This document shows positions 26,541-39,899 of a stretch of 64,000 nt of DNA, piece by piece. The notes below the pieces were generated by a model that was not told where the DNA came from, did not search any database, and saw only the letters and a list, made by a program, of their open reading frames with translations. This stretch comes from Nemertoderma westbladi (taxonomy: Eukaryota; Animalia; Xenacoelomorpha), in NCBI GenBank assembly GCA_032718475.1, contig JAUCBJ010002945.1, positions 2,454 to 66,453 on the forward strand. The letters run 5' to 3'. Every line of letters starts with the position of its first letter. Positions within the stretch are counted from its first letter, which is position 1. The translations under genes and the position numbers were made by a program.

Positions 26541-27453
26541 ATATCCCAGAATATAGTGTCGTAATTCAGGACACGCCCCCCCCCCCCCCCCCCCCCCCCC
26601 TAATTTTTCTACAAATCGTAATGAGATTGCATGAAATTTGAAACAGAGATAGTTTCACCTCCCGACCACTGACTGGGTGAGCCAGAATTTTTATTTTTGC
26701 TTTCAATCTTTAGCTACAAGCGTTTAAAAAAGTGTCTCCAGCGATATTACACCAGTTACACCGCAGTTATTCTTCTACCTTATAGCTGTGTGGTACCAAT
26801 GGAAAGCTGGTCATGCAAGGATTCCAAATATGTAACACAATTTGAATTTCGTTGAAAAATAGCGGAGATATGAGCGTTCAAATGTTGCATGGTTTTCCAA
26901 CGACGCGAGGCTATTTTATTCTATTAATAAATAAACCATATTCTGGAACATTTTTTAAATGGATGAATAGCTACATAATAGTATGATTAAAGATGTAATG
27001 CGTTGTTGCCCAGCTACGTATTTGGATAAACAAAATATTCCAGATTATGATGTATTTATTAAATAGAATAAAATAGCCTCGCGCAGGTGCATAACCTAAC
27101 CATGCAACATTTGAACGCCCATATCTCAGCTATTTTTTAACGAAATTCAGATTGTGTTACATATTTAGAATCCTTGCAGGGTCAGCTTTCCATTGGTACC
27201 AACAAACAGCTATAAGGTAGAAGAATAACTGCGGTGTAACTGGTGTGATATCGCTGGAGACACTTTTTTTAAACGCTTGTAGCTAAAGATTGAAAGCAAA
27301 AATAAAAATTCTGGCTCACCCAGTCAGTGGTTGGGAGGTGAAACTATCTCTGTTTCAAATTTCATGCAATCTCATTACGATTTGTAGAAACATTAGGGGG
27401 GGGGGGGGGGGGGGGTGTCACTGAATTACGACACTATATTCTGGGACATGGTG
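26541..27453. mobile_element. ~0.9-kb fully palindromic foldback MITE (Tc1/mariner-type ends), copy 1
   Basis: Left half is the reverse complement of the right half, with poly-C/poly-G subterminal tracts. Right end is ...CTGGGACATGGTG|TA. Left tip is slightly truncated. Confidence 0.88.
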
Positions 27454-27962
27454 TATATAGGTTGGCGTAATCACTATACTACGGTCGTTTATAAAATATC
27501 TTTATACAGAAGTACTCAAGTACAGTATATTCCAAATTAAACATATTGATTACTTAGGTTATTATTAGATCATTAAATAATACTAATTGTAGTTGTTATT
27601 ATAAAGTGTTGCAACTTAATACAGATGACTTGTCGCCTAATTTCTGGCCACCTGTCAGGATTTATTTCAGCATTACCGGTACTTAAATGCTAATTTAATT
27701 GGTTGGAAATGAATAGGCCTATAACGAAAATGTCGTAGGTGACTATAAAGGCAACATAGGTCTATGAAAATAATATGGAATTGTTTATATTCACTTTACA
27801 ATGGAAATTAGTATAATTACAAATTTTAAGTATGACCTACCGTTGGAAATTTGTTTTGTTTTTTATTATTTTAAAATTGGACGTGCTGCCATGCTTTGTT
27901 AAAACTAGCTGTTGTTCTTGTTAACTGCAATTTAATATTCTAGAATGCACAAAACATAATTA

Positions 27963-28866
27963 CACCATGTCCTGGAATATAGTGTCGTTATTCAGGTACC
28001 TGCCCCCCCCCCCCCCCCAAATTTTTTACAAATCGTAATGAGATTGCATGAAATTTGAAACAGGGATAGTTTCACCTCCCGACCACTGCACTGACTGGGT
28101 GAGCCAGAATTTTTATTTTCGCCTTCATTCTTTAGCTACAAGCGTTTGAAAAAGGTGTCTCCGTCGATATTCCACCAGTTACACCGCAGTTATTCTTCAA
28201 ACATTTAGTGTTGGTACCAGTGGAAAGCTGAATGTGGAAGGATTCCAAATAATTATGTAAAAATATGTGAATTTGATTGGGAAATAGCGGAGATATGGGC
28301 ATTCGAATTTTGCATGTAGTAGCTTCCACTGCAGGCCATTTATTCTATTAAATTAATAAACAATGCTCTAGAACATTTTGATTATGTATGAATATCCATG
28401 TACTAGTATTATCATGTAGGCATTGCATTGTTGCCAAGCTACTTATGAGATAAACAAAATGTTTTAGAACATTGTATATTTATTAATTAGAATAAATGGC
28501 CCGCAGCGGAAGTAAATACATGCGAAATTCGAATGCCAATAACTCAGCTATTTCCCAACCAAATTCAAATATTTTTATATATTTGGAATCCTTGCATGGG
28601 TAGCTTTCTATTGGTACCAACAAATCACTAAATGTTTGAAGAATAACTGCAGTGTAACTGGTGTAATATCGACGGAGACACCTTTTTCAAACGCTTGTAG
28701 CTAAAGAATGAAAGCGAAAATAAAAATTCTGGCTCACCAAGTCAGTGGTCGGGAGGTGAAACTATCTCTGTCTCAAATTGCATGCAATCTCATTACGATT
28801 TGTAGAAAAATTATGGGGGGGGGGGGCAGGTACCTGAATAACGACACTATATTCCAGGACATGATG
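27963..28866. mobile_element. ~0.9-kb fully palindromic foldback MITE, copy 2
   Basis: TA|CACCATGTCCTGGAATATAGTG ... CACTATATTCCAGGACATGATG|TA. Arms are complementary almost to the centre. TA target-site duplication. Confidence 0.9.
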
Positions 28867-29285
28867 TATAAATGTCCTCTTTTCTGATTGGTCAGCGTTG
28901 ATTACACTTACTTTGCATCACAAAATGTGATTGACAAATTATAATTTTATCAAATAAAAGATTTATAACACTTGATAATCTCTACTGACAAACTTAATAA
29001 AATTATAGCTGATAAGTAACAATTCTAATTTGTAATATTATACTATCTAATCGCGATTGTAAATTAAAATAATAAATATTTTGATAAAATTTTATGGCCA
29101 TTACTCCACTTCCATATACTGTATCAACATTGTCTAATTGAATTTCAGATGAGAAATCTTAGAACATTGCACCCGGTTACCTTGACAACAAATAAATAAC
29201 AATTCTAGAAACACATATAATTATTCTGTATAAAAATTTATGACGAAAATATGAATAAAATATAGCTGGAAATACTGAATTAACT

Positions 29286-29514
29286 CCGGTCCGGTCCGGT
29301 CCGGTCCGGTCCGGTCCGGTCCGGTCCGGTCCGGTCCGGTCCGTCCGGTCCGGTCCGGTCCGGTCCGGTCCGGTCCGGTCCGGTCCGGTCCGGTCCGGTC
29401 CGGTCCGGTCCGGTCCGGTCCGGTCCGGTCCGGTCCGGTCCGGTCTGGCCCGTCCGGTCCGGTCTGGCCCGGTCCGGTCCGGTCTGGCCCGGTCCGGTCT
29501 GGCCCGGTCCGGTC
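29286..29514. repeat. (CCGGT)n pentanucleotide microsatellite
   Basis: ~45 tandem CCGGT units with a few variants. Confidence 0.97.
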
Positions 29515-29729
29515 TGTATTTGGTATTGCCTTGTTTACAGTAGCTATTAACAAGGCCTATCATTAATAGATTATAATTATAGATATATAATAATTAAATT
29601 AAATTAATGTTATATTACAATATTAGCAAGTATCAACTCATAAAATAGTAATTAATTGATACTGCACTATATTCTGGAATAATTACAGATTAACAACACG
29701 TAATAAAAAAAAACACTATACCGCAATTG

Positions 29730-30787
29730 CACAATAACTTTGAACTCCTCTCGTACAATAACTTTGAACTCCTCTAGTACAATAACTTTGAACTCCTCTC
29801 GTACAATAACTTTGAACTCCTCTCGTACAATAACTTTGAACTCCTCTCGTACAATAACTTTGAACTCCTCTCGTACAACAACTTTGAACTCCTCTCGTAC
29901 AATAACTTTGAACTCCTCTCGTACAATAACTTTGAACTCCTCTCGCACAATAACTTTGAACTCCTCTCGTACAATAACTTTGAACTCCTCTCGTACAATA
30001 ACTTTGAACTCCTCTCGTACAATAACTTTGAACTCCTCTCGTACAATAACTTTGAACTCCTCTCGTACAATAACTTTGAACTCCTCTCGTACAATAACTT
30101 TGAACTCCTCTCGTACAATAACTTTGAACTCCTCTCGTACAATAACTTTGAACTCCTCTCGTACAATAACTTTGAACTCCTTTCGTACAATAACTTTGAA
30201 CTCCTCTCGTACAATAACTTTGAACTCCTCTAGTACAATAACTTTGAACTCCTCTCGTACAATAACTTTGAACTCCTCTCGTACAATAACTTTGAACTCC
30301 TCTCGCACAATAACTTTGAACTCCTCTCGCACAATAACTTTGAACTCCTCTCGTACAATAACTTTGAACTCCTCTAGTACAATAACTTTGAACTCCTCTC
30401 GCACAATAACTTTGAACTCCTCTCGCACAATAACTTTGAACTCCTCTCGCACAATAACTTTGAACTCCTCTCGTACAATAACTTTGAACTCCTCTCGTAC
30501 AATAACTTTGAACTCCTCTCGCACAATAACTTTGAACTCCTCTCGTACAATAACTTTGAACTCCTCTCGTACAATAACTTTGAACTCCTCTCGTACAATA
30601 ACTTTGAACTCCTCTCGCACAATAACTTTGAACTCCTCTCGTACAATAACTTTGAACTCCTCTCGTACAATAACTTTGAACTCCTCTCGTACAATAACTT
30701 TGAACTCCTCTCGTACAATAACTTTGAACTCCTCTCGTACAATAACTTTGAACTCCTCTCGTACAATAACTTTGAACTCTTCTCGCA
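29730..30787. repeat. 24-bp minisatellite, ~44 highly homogeneous copies
   Basis: Unit ACAATAACTTTGAACTCCTCTCGT. Lies just downstream of the NINL polyA signal (TTTATT at 30865-30870). Confidence 0.98.
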
Positions 30788-30982
30788 AGGTACATAACTT
30801 TCTCCTATAGGCCTAATTAAATAAAAGGAAGAATAAGAAAAACTGAGAGTAGGTCTACTATTAATTTATTGTAGGGCTACAAACACAAATATTTCACACA
30901 CGTCTTCTCTGTAAAGATATCAGCAGCATCAGCAGCTATCAACGTTTCCTCATCCAGTCAACCCATCATCACAATATCGTTC

Positions 30983-31171
30983 TCAAGACAGCACAACAGG
31001 GGATATTCGTTGGAGTAGACGCGCAATGGTTAAGTACTTCTCGCGTTCGGTTTCTACTTGCTTCTCTGCCGCCCTCTTGTATTCTTCTGCGGAACAGAGG
31101 GCTGTAGACAGTTTGGCATTCTCCAGGTAGAGCTCTCGCAACAGCAAATCGGACTTAGAAGACCGTTCGAG
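30983..31171 (-). CDS. NINL: Ninein-like protein, terminal coding exon
   Basis: After tatttatag| reads LERSSKSDLLLRELYLENAKLSTALCSAEEYKRAAEKQ...RLLQRISPVVLS*. This matches the NINL/ninein C-terminus as recalled (KSDLLLKELYVENAHL.RALQ.TEEKQR.AEKQ...RIAP..LS). AATAAA downstream. Confidence 0.85.
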   Translation of the reverse strand, partial: LERSSKSDLLLRELYLENAKLSTALCSAEEYKRAAEKQVETEREKYLTIARLLQRISPVVLS

Positions 31172-31636
31172 CTATAAATAGCACATGACTTAATTTGCAT
31201 TATATTTTTTTATTACAAAGCGCCATGTGCCAAAAATATAATTAATAATATATCATTGAATGAAAAATAATGAGAAACACTGATTTTTGGATGGGGCAGT
31301 TTTACGGTATTATTAGTTGATTTGTCAATTAATTAATATGTAAATTTATTTAATTTGTTGAATTGGTTAGTTATATATGCAAATTTGGCTAGTTCACTAC
31401 TTTAGAACAATTTTTCATATTTTATAACAATGTTACACAAAACTTTTATCCCACAAAACTAACTTTATGAACCGTTTAATACCCAAAGAAGCTGTAAATC
31501 TAGTCGATGCCAGGCATTCATCCTTGACTAGACGATAATTGTGAACCACGAAAACTTTGGAAACAAAGTGGAATCCTGAAGGGTTTAGGCCTACAGTGTA
31601 AAATAACTAACCACCATGATGTGGTGAAGGAAGGAA

Positions 31637-34600
31637 GTGGAAGGCTTTACTGTGGAAGATCAGCCATGGTGGTGAACAGGCATTCCTTTAGGAAACAGAG
31701 TGGAAGGGTTTACTGTGGAAGATCACCCACGGTGGTGAACAGGCATTCCTTTAGGAAACAGAGTGGAAGGGTTTACTATGGAAGATCACCCATGGTGGCG
31801 AACAGGCATTCCTTTAGGAAACAGAGTGGAAGGGTTTACAGTGGAAGATCACCCATATGGTGGTGAACAGGCATTCCTTTAGGAAACAGAGTGGAAGGGT
31901 TTACTATGGAAGATCACCCATGGTGGTGAACAGGCATTCCTTTAGAAAACAGAGTGGAAGGGTTTACAGTGGAAGATCACCCGCGGTGGTGAACAGGCAT
32001 TCCTTTAGGAAACAGAGTGGAAGGGTTTACTATGGAAGATCACCCATGGTGGTGAACAGGCATTCCTTTAGAAAACAGAGTGGAAGGGTTTACAGTGGAA
32101 GATCACCCACGGTGGTGAACAGGCATTCCTTTAGGAAACAGAGTGGAAGGGTTTACTATGGAAGATCACCCATGGTGGTGAACAGGCATTCCTTTAGGAA
32201 ACAGAGTGGAAGGGTTTACTGTGGAAGATCACCCATGGTGGTGAACAGGCATTCCTTTAGAAAACAGAGTGGAAGGGTTTACAGTGGAAGATCACCCACG
32301 GTGGCTAACAGGCACTCCTTTAGGAAACAGAGTGGAAGGGTTTACAGTGGAAAATCACCCATGGTGAGTGGTGAACAGGCATTCCTTTAGGAAACAGAAT
32401 GGAAGGGTTTACAGTGGAAAATCACCCATGGTGAGTGGTGAACAGGCATTCCTTTAGGAAACAGAATGGAAGGGTTTACAGTGGAAGATCACCCACGGTG
32501 GTGAACAGGCATTCCTTTAGGAAACAGAGTGGAAGGGTTTACAGTGGAAAATCACCCATGGTGAGTGGTGAACAGGCATTCCTTTAGGAAACAGAATGGA
32601 AGGGTTTACAGTGGAAGATCACCCTCGGTGGTGAACAGGCATTCCTTTAGGAAACAGAGTGGAAGGGTTTACTGAGGAAGATCACTCATGGTGGTGAACA
32701 GGCATTCCTTTCGGAAACAGAGTGGAAGGGCTTACTCTGGAAGATCACCCACGGTGGTGAACAGGCATTCCATTATGAAACAGAGTGGAAGGGTTTACTG
32801 TGGAAGATCGTGGTGAACAGGCAATTTAGGAAACAGAGCGGAAGGGTTTACTGTGGAAGATCAGCCATGGTGGTGAACAGGCATTCCTTTCGGAAACAGA
32901 GTGGAAGGGCGTACTGTGGAAGATCACCCATGGTGGTGAACAGGCATTCCTTTCGGAAACAGAGTGGAAGGGTGTACTGTGGAAGATCACCCATGGTGGT
33001 GAACAGGCATTCCTTTCGGAAACAAAGTGGAAGGGTTTACTGTGGGAGAATACCCATGGTGATGAACCGGCATTCCATTAGGAAACAGAGTGGAAGGGTT
33101 TAGTGGAAGATCAGCCATGGTGGTGAACAGGCAATTTAGGAAACAGAGCGGAAGGGTTTACTGTGGAAGATCAGCCATGGTGGTGAACAGGCATTCATTT
33201 CGGAAACAGAGTGGAAGGGTTTACTGTGGAAGATCAGCCATGGTGGTGAACAGGCATTCCTTTCGGAAACAGAGTGGAAGGGCTTACGGTGGAAGATCAC
33301 CCATGGTGGTGAACAGGCATTCCTTTCGGAAACAGAGTGGAAGGGCTTACTGTGGAAGATCACCCATGGTGGTGAACAGGCATTCCTTTCGGAAACAAAG
33401 TGGAAGGGTTTACTGTGGGAGATTACCCATGGTGATGAACCGGCATTCCATTAGGAAACAGAGTGGAAGGGTTTAGTGGAAGATCACCCATGGTGGTGAA
33501 CAGGCATTCCTTTTAAAATAAGTTGGTGCCAGTTCCCAAGAATGGCAAGCTAACACTCTATGGTTCTTTTCGGGGAATCTCATTGATCTCGATTGCTGCA
33601 AAGCTATACTATATAATTCTATTAAATCGCATCAGGGATCCCATTGAGAGACTGCTCCGTGGAAATCAGAATGGGTTCCGTAAAGGTCGTGGGACCATGG
33701 AGCCCATTTTGGCACTCAGAAGGATAATTGAAGAGTTATCAAAAAAGAAAGACAGGCATCTGGCTGTTATCTTTGTTGACTTCTTCAAGGCAATTGATTC
33801 AGTCTCTCGCTCACGTATGTTCAGCATACTTTCATTATATGGGATTCCTGATGAAATTATTGCAGCAATCAGATCAGTATACCATGGTTCGACAACATTT
33901 GTGTCTACTGTTGACGGTGACACAGAACCATTTGAAGTGTTATGGGGCGTCCTCCAGGGAGACACACTTGCACCATTCTTGTTCATAATTGTGGTTGACT
34001 ATGTTCTACGCATGTCCTTAGATCATCATAATGATGATGGGGTGATGATAACTCCACCTAATGGCTCCAGAAGTCGAGGAAATCCTGCCAAGTACCTAAC
34101 TAATCTAGACTTTGCTGATGACTTAGGAGTACTCTCAGAATCACTGGAGGGAGCCCAACGGCTCCTCGGCTCATTAGAACATGCTGCTTCTAGTGTTGGT
34201 CTTTTTATTAACTCCAGAAAGACCAAAATTTTGACAGTTAACTTTGAAAGTTCTCAGCAAGTCTCTGATCGGAAGAGCATAAGCTCAAAGGATGGTATGC
34301 TTGAGCATGTGGACGACTTCTGTTACCTGGGATCATGGATCCGGAAGTCAGGTGAGGACCTTCGAATACGTAAGGGAAAGGCATGGGCAGCCTTGAATAG
34401 GCTTTCCAGGATTTGGAAGTCACCGAGAATTAATCGGAAACTTAAGGTCCGAGTACCAGTACTCGGACCTTAAGTTAAGTTCCAGTACTCCTCTATGGGA
34501 GTCCATGCTGGGCTCTAACTGCTGAGGACACCAAATCTCTGGATGGCACATTCACAAGAATGCTACGCCGGGTTCATTGTGTCAAGTACAATGCACACAT

Positions 34601-35352
34601 CTCCAACCAGACACTATATAACATTGGAGGTGTCTCATTGGTTCCCCCAAGCTTGACACAAGAACAAAATCGCCTCCGATTTGCAGGACATTGCTTTCGC
34701 CGTGAGGACCAGCCAGTGCATAATCTTGTACTTTGGCAGCCTCATGGAGTGAATAAGCATGGTGGACAGCCCATGACTTTCTTGAGACGCATCTTAAAGG
34801 ACACTGGCCTTGAAGATGCGGAAAATCTAGCAAATGTCATGGGTGATAGGGAGTTGTGGCGGCGCAATTTTGTCGACAAGCCGGCACAGCATTCTTAAAA
34901 ATGCAGCTGCAATGCAGCATGCCGATACTAGTAGTTACTGTGGAAGTTCATCCACGGTGGTGAATAGGCATTCCTTTAGGAAACAGAGTGGAAGGGTTTA
35001 CTGTGGAAGATCACACATGGTGGTGAACAGGCATTCATTTAGGAAACAGAGTGGGCGGGTTTACTGTGGAAGATCACCCATGGTGGTGAACAGGCATTCC
35101 TTTAGGAAACAGAGTGGAAGGGTTTACTGTGGAAGATCACCCACGGTGGTGAACAGGCATTCCTTTAGGAAATAGAGTGGAAGGGTTTACTGTGGAAGAT
35201 CACAAATGGTGGTGAACAGGCATTCCTTTGGGAAACAGAGTGGAAGGGTTTACTGTGGAAGATCACCCACGGTGGTGAACAGGCATTCCTTTAGGAAATA
35301 GAGTAGATGGGTTTACTGTATACGATCACAAATGGTGGTGAACAGGCATTCC
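31637..35352. repeat. 63-bp minisatellite (~36 copies) in the last NINL intron, interrupted by an RTE
   Basis: Unit GTGGAAGGGTTTACTGTGGAAGATCACCCATGGTGGTGAACAGGCATTCCTTTAGGAAACAGA on both sides of the LINE insertion. Confidence 0.96.
33516..34934 (+). mobile_element. 5'-truncated RTE-clade non-LTR retrotransposon (RT fragment), copy 1, frameshifted
   Basis: RT motifs RGISL, QNGFRKGRGT, FVDFFKA.DS, GVLQGDTLAP, LDFADD, YLGS and the RTE-type RLRFAGHC. Short 3' UTR ending CTAGTAG. Confidence 0.93.
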
Positions 35353-35581
35353 TTGGCTAAAAGAGAAGTGGCGGCGCCAGGATCCGTTACAATGATTTAC
35401 TGTGGGCAAAGGAAGGTGAAAAGGTAATTTTATGGAATAAAATTTTATATTAGATGAAAATTGACTCGCTTTATATATGATTACTCTTGCTAGTTTACTC
35501 TCGCTCGGTAAATTATACATCCCGGGTCGGCGGAAAAAAAACCCTACTTGTTTTCCACGTTAGACTATCAATAAATAATAC

Positions 35582-35713
35582 CTGCGATCGTAATCTTTGG
35601 CAGTTCTCCTCGGATATTTCTTGGTTCCGATCGAAATAATCCTGGGCCCGACTCTTCTCCTCTTGGAGTCTTCTTATCGTTATAAATTGTTCGTTAGTCG
35701 ACGATTTCATCAC
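35582..35713 (-). CDS. NINL: Ninein-like protein, internal exon (44 codons)
   Basis: tttatag|VMKSSTNEQF...ENCQRLRSQ|gtatta. Phase 0/0, coiled-coil. Confidence 0.75.
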
Positions 35714-35808
35714 CTATAAAATGAAGATGTAAAATATTGACTATTGAGTTTTACTATTAGTTTTATGTTCGTTCTGTCTTTAAGTTTTACTTAGAAACGG
35801 TTACTGAC

Positions 35809-36048
35809 CTTTACATGTTCAGTTAGTTGTTTCTCTAACTCCTTGTTACGGACCTCAGCCTCAATCATCCGTTTGTTCAGGACATCCACCTGTTGTTTGT
35901 TGACTGGTAATGACTGAATTTCTTCCTGCAACTTGTTGTGTTTGAGTTTTTCTTCTCCCAAACAAGATTCCAACTCGTCAACTCGTTTGGCGAGCTCAAT
36001 CGGGCTCAGCTTAACTAATGCGTTCACTCTGGGAGATGATTGCAGACC
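35809..36048 (-). CDS. NINL: Ninein-like protein, internal exon (80 codons; 5' boundary ambiguous)
   Basis: tctttag|GLQSSPRVNALVKLSPIELAKRVDELE...EKQLTEHVK|gtcagt. The acceptor lies within the last minisatellite unit. Confidence 0.75.
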
Positions 36049-38397
36049 CTAAAGACACACAACCGAGATGATTACAGACCCTAAAGACATACAACCGAGA
36101 TGATTGCAGATCCTAAATACATACAACAGAGATGATAGCAGATCCTAAAGACACACAACCGAGATGATTGCAGACCCTAAAGACACACAACCGAGATGAT
36201 TGCAGATCCTAAAGACAGAAAACCGAGATGATTGCAGATCATAAAGACACACAACCGAGATGATTGCAGATCCTAAAGACATAAAACCGAGATGATTGCA
36301 GACCCTAAAGACATACAACCGAGATGATTGCAGACCCTAAAGACACACAACCAAAATGATTACAGATCCTAAAGACATACAACCGAGATGATTACAGATC
36401 CTAAATACATACAACCGAGATGATTACAGATCCTAAAGACATACAACCGAGATGATTACAGATCCTAAATACATACAACCGAGATGATTGCAGATCCTAA
36501 AGACATACAACCGAGATGATTACAGATCCTAAATACATACAACCGAGATGATTGCAGATCATAAAGACACACAACCGAGATGATTGCAGACCCTAAAGAC
36601 ACACAACCGAAATGATTACAGATCCTAAAGACATACAACCGAGATGATTGCAGACCCTAAAGACACACAACCGAAATGATTACAGATCCTAAAGACATAC
36701 AACCGAGATGATTACAGATCCTAAATACATACAACCGAGATGATTGCAGATCCTAAAGACATACAACCGAGATGATTACAGATCCTAAATACATACAACC
36801 GAGATGATTGCAGATCCTAAAGACACACAACCGAGATAATAGCAGACCCTAAAGACATACAACCGAGATGATTGCAGACCCTAAAGACACACAACCGAAA
36901 TGATTACAGATCCTAAAGACATACAACCGAGATGATTACAGATCCTAAATACATACAACCGAGATGATTGCAGATCATAAAGACACACAACCGAGATGAT
37001 TGCAGATCCTAAAGACATAAAACCGAGATGATTGCATACCATAACGACATACAATCGAGATGATTTCAGATCCTAAAGACATACAACCGAGATAATAGCA
37101 GACCCTAAAGACACACAACCGAGATGATTGCAGATCCTAAAGACATACAACCGAGATGATTGCAGACCCTAAAGACACACAACCGAGGTGATTGCAGATC
37201 CTAAAGACATACAACCGAGATGATTGCAGACCCTAAAGACATACAACCGAGATGATTACAGATCCTAAATACATACAACCGAGATGATTACAGACCCTAA
37301 AGACACACAACCGAAATGATTACAGATCCTAAAGACATACAACCGAGATGATTGCAGATCCTAAAGACATACAGCAGAGATGATAGCAGACCCTAAAGAC
37401 ACACAACCGAGATGATTACAGATCCTAAATACATACAACCGAGATGATTGCAGATCATAAAGACATACAACCGAGATGATTACAGACCCTAAAGACATAC
37501 AACCGAGATGATTGCAGATCCTAAAGACATACAGCAGAGATGATAGCAGACCCTAAAGACACACAACCGAGATGATTACAGATCCTAAATACATACAACC
37601 GAGATGATTGCAGACCCTAAAGACACACAACCGAGATGATAGCAGATCCTAAAGACATACAACCGAGATGATAGCAGATCCTAAAGACATACAACCGAGA
37701 TGATTGCAGACCCTAAAGACATACAACCGAGGTGATTGCAGATCCTAAAGACATACAACCGAGATGATTGCAGATCATAAAGACATACAACCGAGATGAT
37801 TACAGACCCTAAAGACACACAACCGAAATGATTGCAGATCCTAAAGACACACAACCGAGATGATTACAGATCCTAAAGACACACAACCGAGATGATTACA
37901 GATCCTAAATACATACAACCGAGATGATTGCAGATCCTAAAGACACACAACCGAGATGATTGCAGATCCTAAAGACATACAACCGAGATAATAGCATACC
38001 CTAAAGACACACAACCGAGATGATTGCAGATCCTAAAGACACACAACCGAGATGATTGCAGATCCTAAAGACACACAACCGAGGTGATTACAGATCCTAA
38101 AGACACACAACCGAGATGATTGCAGATCCTAAAGACACACAACCGAGATGATTGCAGATCCTAAAGACATACAACCGAGATAATAGCAGACCCTAAAGAC
38201 ATACAACCGAGGTGATTGCAGATCCTAAATACATACAACCGAGATGATTGCAGATCCTAAAGACATACAACCGAGATGATTGCAGATCCTAAAGACATAC
38301 AACCGAGATGATTGCAGATCCTAAAGACATACAACCGAGATGATTGCAGATCCTAAAGACATACAACCGAGATGATTGCAGACCCTAAAGACACACA
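36033..38397. repeat. 32-bp minisatellite (~74 copies) made of a duplicated NINL intron/exon junction
   Basis: Minus-strand unit GGTTGTATGTCTTTAG|G(A/G)TCTGCAATCATCTC. Confidence 0.97.
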
Positions 38398-39899
38398 GAA
38401 ACCTTATAATTACAACTTAATTTAGCCTCCCATTCTGTGAAAAATATCAAATAAATTTACCTATTAAATATTCAATGATTAAAAAAAATTAGATACATTG
38501 TTGACTAAAAGAAGAACTGAAATCCTACTTTGTAAGAAATTTGCAAATAAAAATATATGCTCTGTACAGTAGGTATAGTAAGCGGCTTAATTGCCTATCG
38601 TTTATCGAACCAATCACAGAGCAGAACAAATTAAGACGGTGGCGCGCCTTAGTTTGTGGAAATATACAATTATATAAATATTTGTTTAAAAAAAAACATA
38701 AAAATTACAATAACTACTTTGTTTCTCATAGTTTCCACCGTGAATCCCAGTGATATATTTATTTATGTAAATAAATTACAATATTATAATATTAAAATAA
38801 AGGGAGGGTTATCCCATATTTGTTTCCTATCGCAACCAATTAAACTCATGCAATGGATAATTAGGGTGTCTTATAACTACTACGTTACTATGGATAATCA
38901 ACATAATATTACAATCAACAGAAAGGATTACAATCGAGGATAATATTATATAAGTTAATAATGCAACATCCCGAACAAATCAAGTTAATTATGAAAGAAG
39001 TTACCATTTTACAAACAGTACCAAAATGCGAATGAACTATGATCGACTATTTTTATTTTACAATTTTTAGGGTCTGCATTATTAATGCAAATTTTTCTTC
39101 CAGTGGCGAATGAATTAGAATATTTCCTTAAATGTATACAGTGGGTTGCAGGTAGAGTATATATACTATTTTCCGCTTAAAAGTTTAAGTGACTTTCAAT
39201 GGAAATATTTGGAAAACAATGCATTGTAAAACACTCTACTATTACAAACAAATGGTACAGTAGTAGGCCTATATACAATACGGTACAGTAGTAGGCCTAT
39301 ATACAATACGGTACAGTAGTAGGCCTATATACAATACGCCTACGCAAACAATAATTTTAGAGTATTATCGATAACGAGATTGACAAGCATAATGATAAAC
39401 CAATGAAATATTGGCAAGCAAAGAGTATATTCACGGTAAATGCAATGAGGGATAACCAAAAAGTAAACGTGCGTTATTAACTTACTGCTGATGTGTAAGT
39501 TGTTATAGAAAGATAACCCAACGCTGTGGCTCCTAGAGATATAAAGAAAGCTCCATCACCATAGTAACACTGAACGAGTAAAATAACACCCACCACCGTG
39601 CCATTATTGCGTATTTAACAGGTATTAAACGGTATTAAACATAGACGATACATAAACATTGGAAAAAGCGAAATAGCCTTAAGCATATATATATATTAAA
39701 AGCAACCTATTTGTTGAAAAGGAATTACAGTGGTTAACGCTAAAAATACAAATAAGTATTATACATACTGTACAATAGCAAATATATATAGATGGGTGTA
39801 GAGTATAAAAGACAGTAAAGGTAGTTTCAAAAACGATAAAATGTTATTTTAATATAAAGTTAAAATGAAAGCTTCAAGCCTTGTTTGGTGTGTACAAAC

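Noticed and set aside
29667-30810. Long ORFs (REEFKVIV)n, (RGVQSYCT)n, (NSSRTITL)n
   Set aside because: Open in several frames only because the 24-bp unit lacks stops. No unique coding flanks.
31621-33476. (VVNRHSFRKQSGRVYCGRSPM)n ORFs
   Set aside because: 63-bp repeat translations broken by indels, antisense within an intron.
39358-39615. Hydrophobic minus-strand reading frames with AG/GTAAGT sites inside an NINL intron
   Set aside because: The candidate exon has a stop in the phase-0 frame needed for NINL, and no recognisable family.
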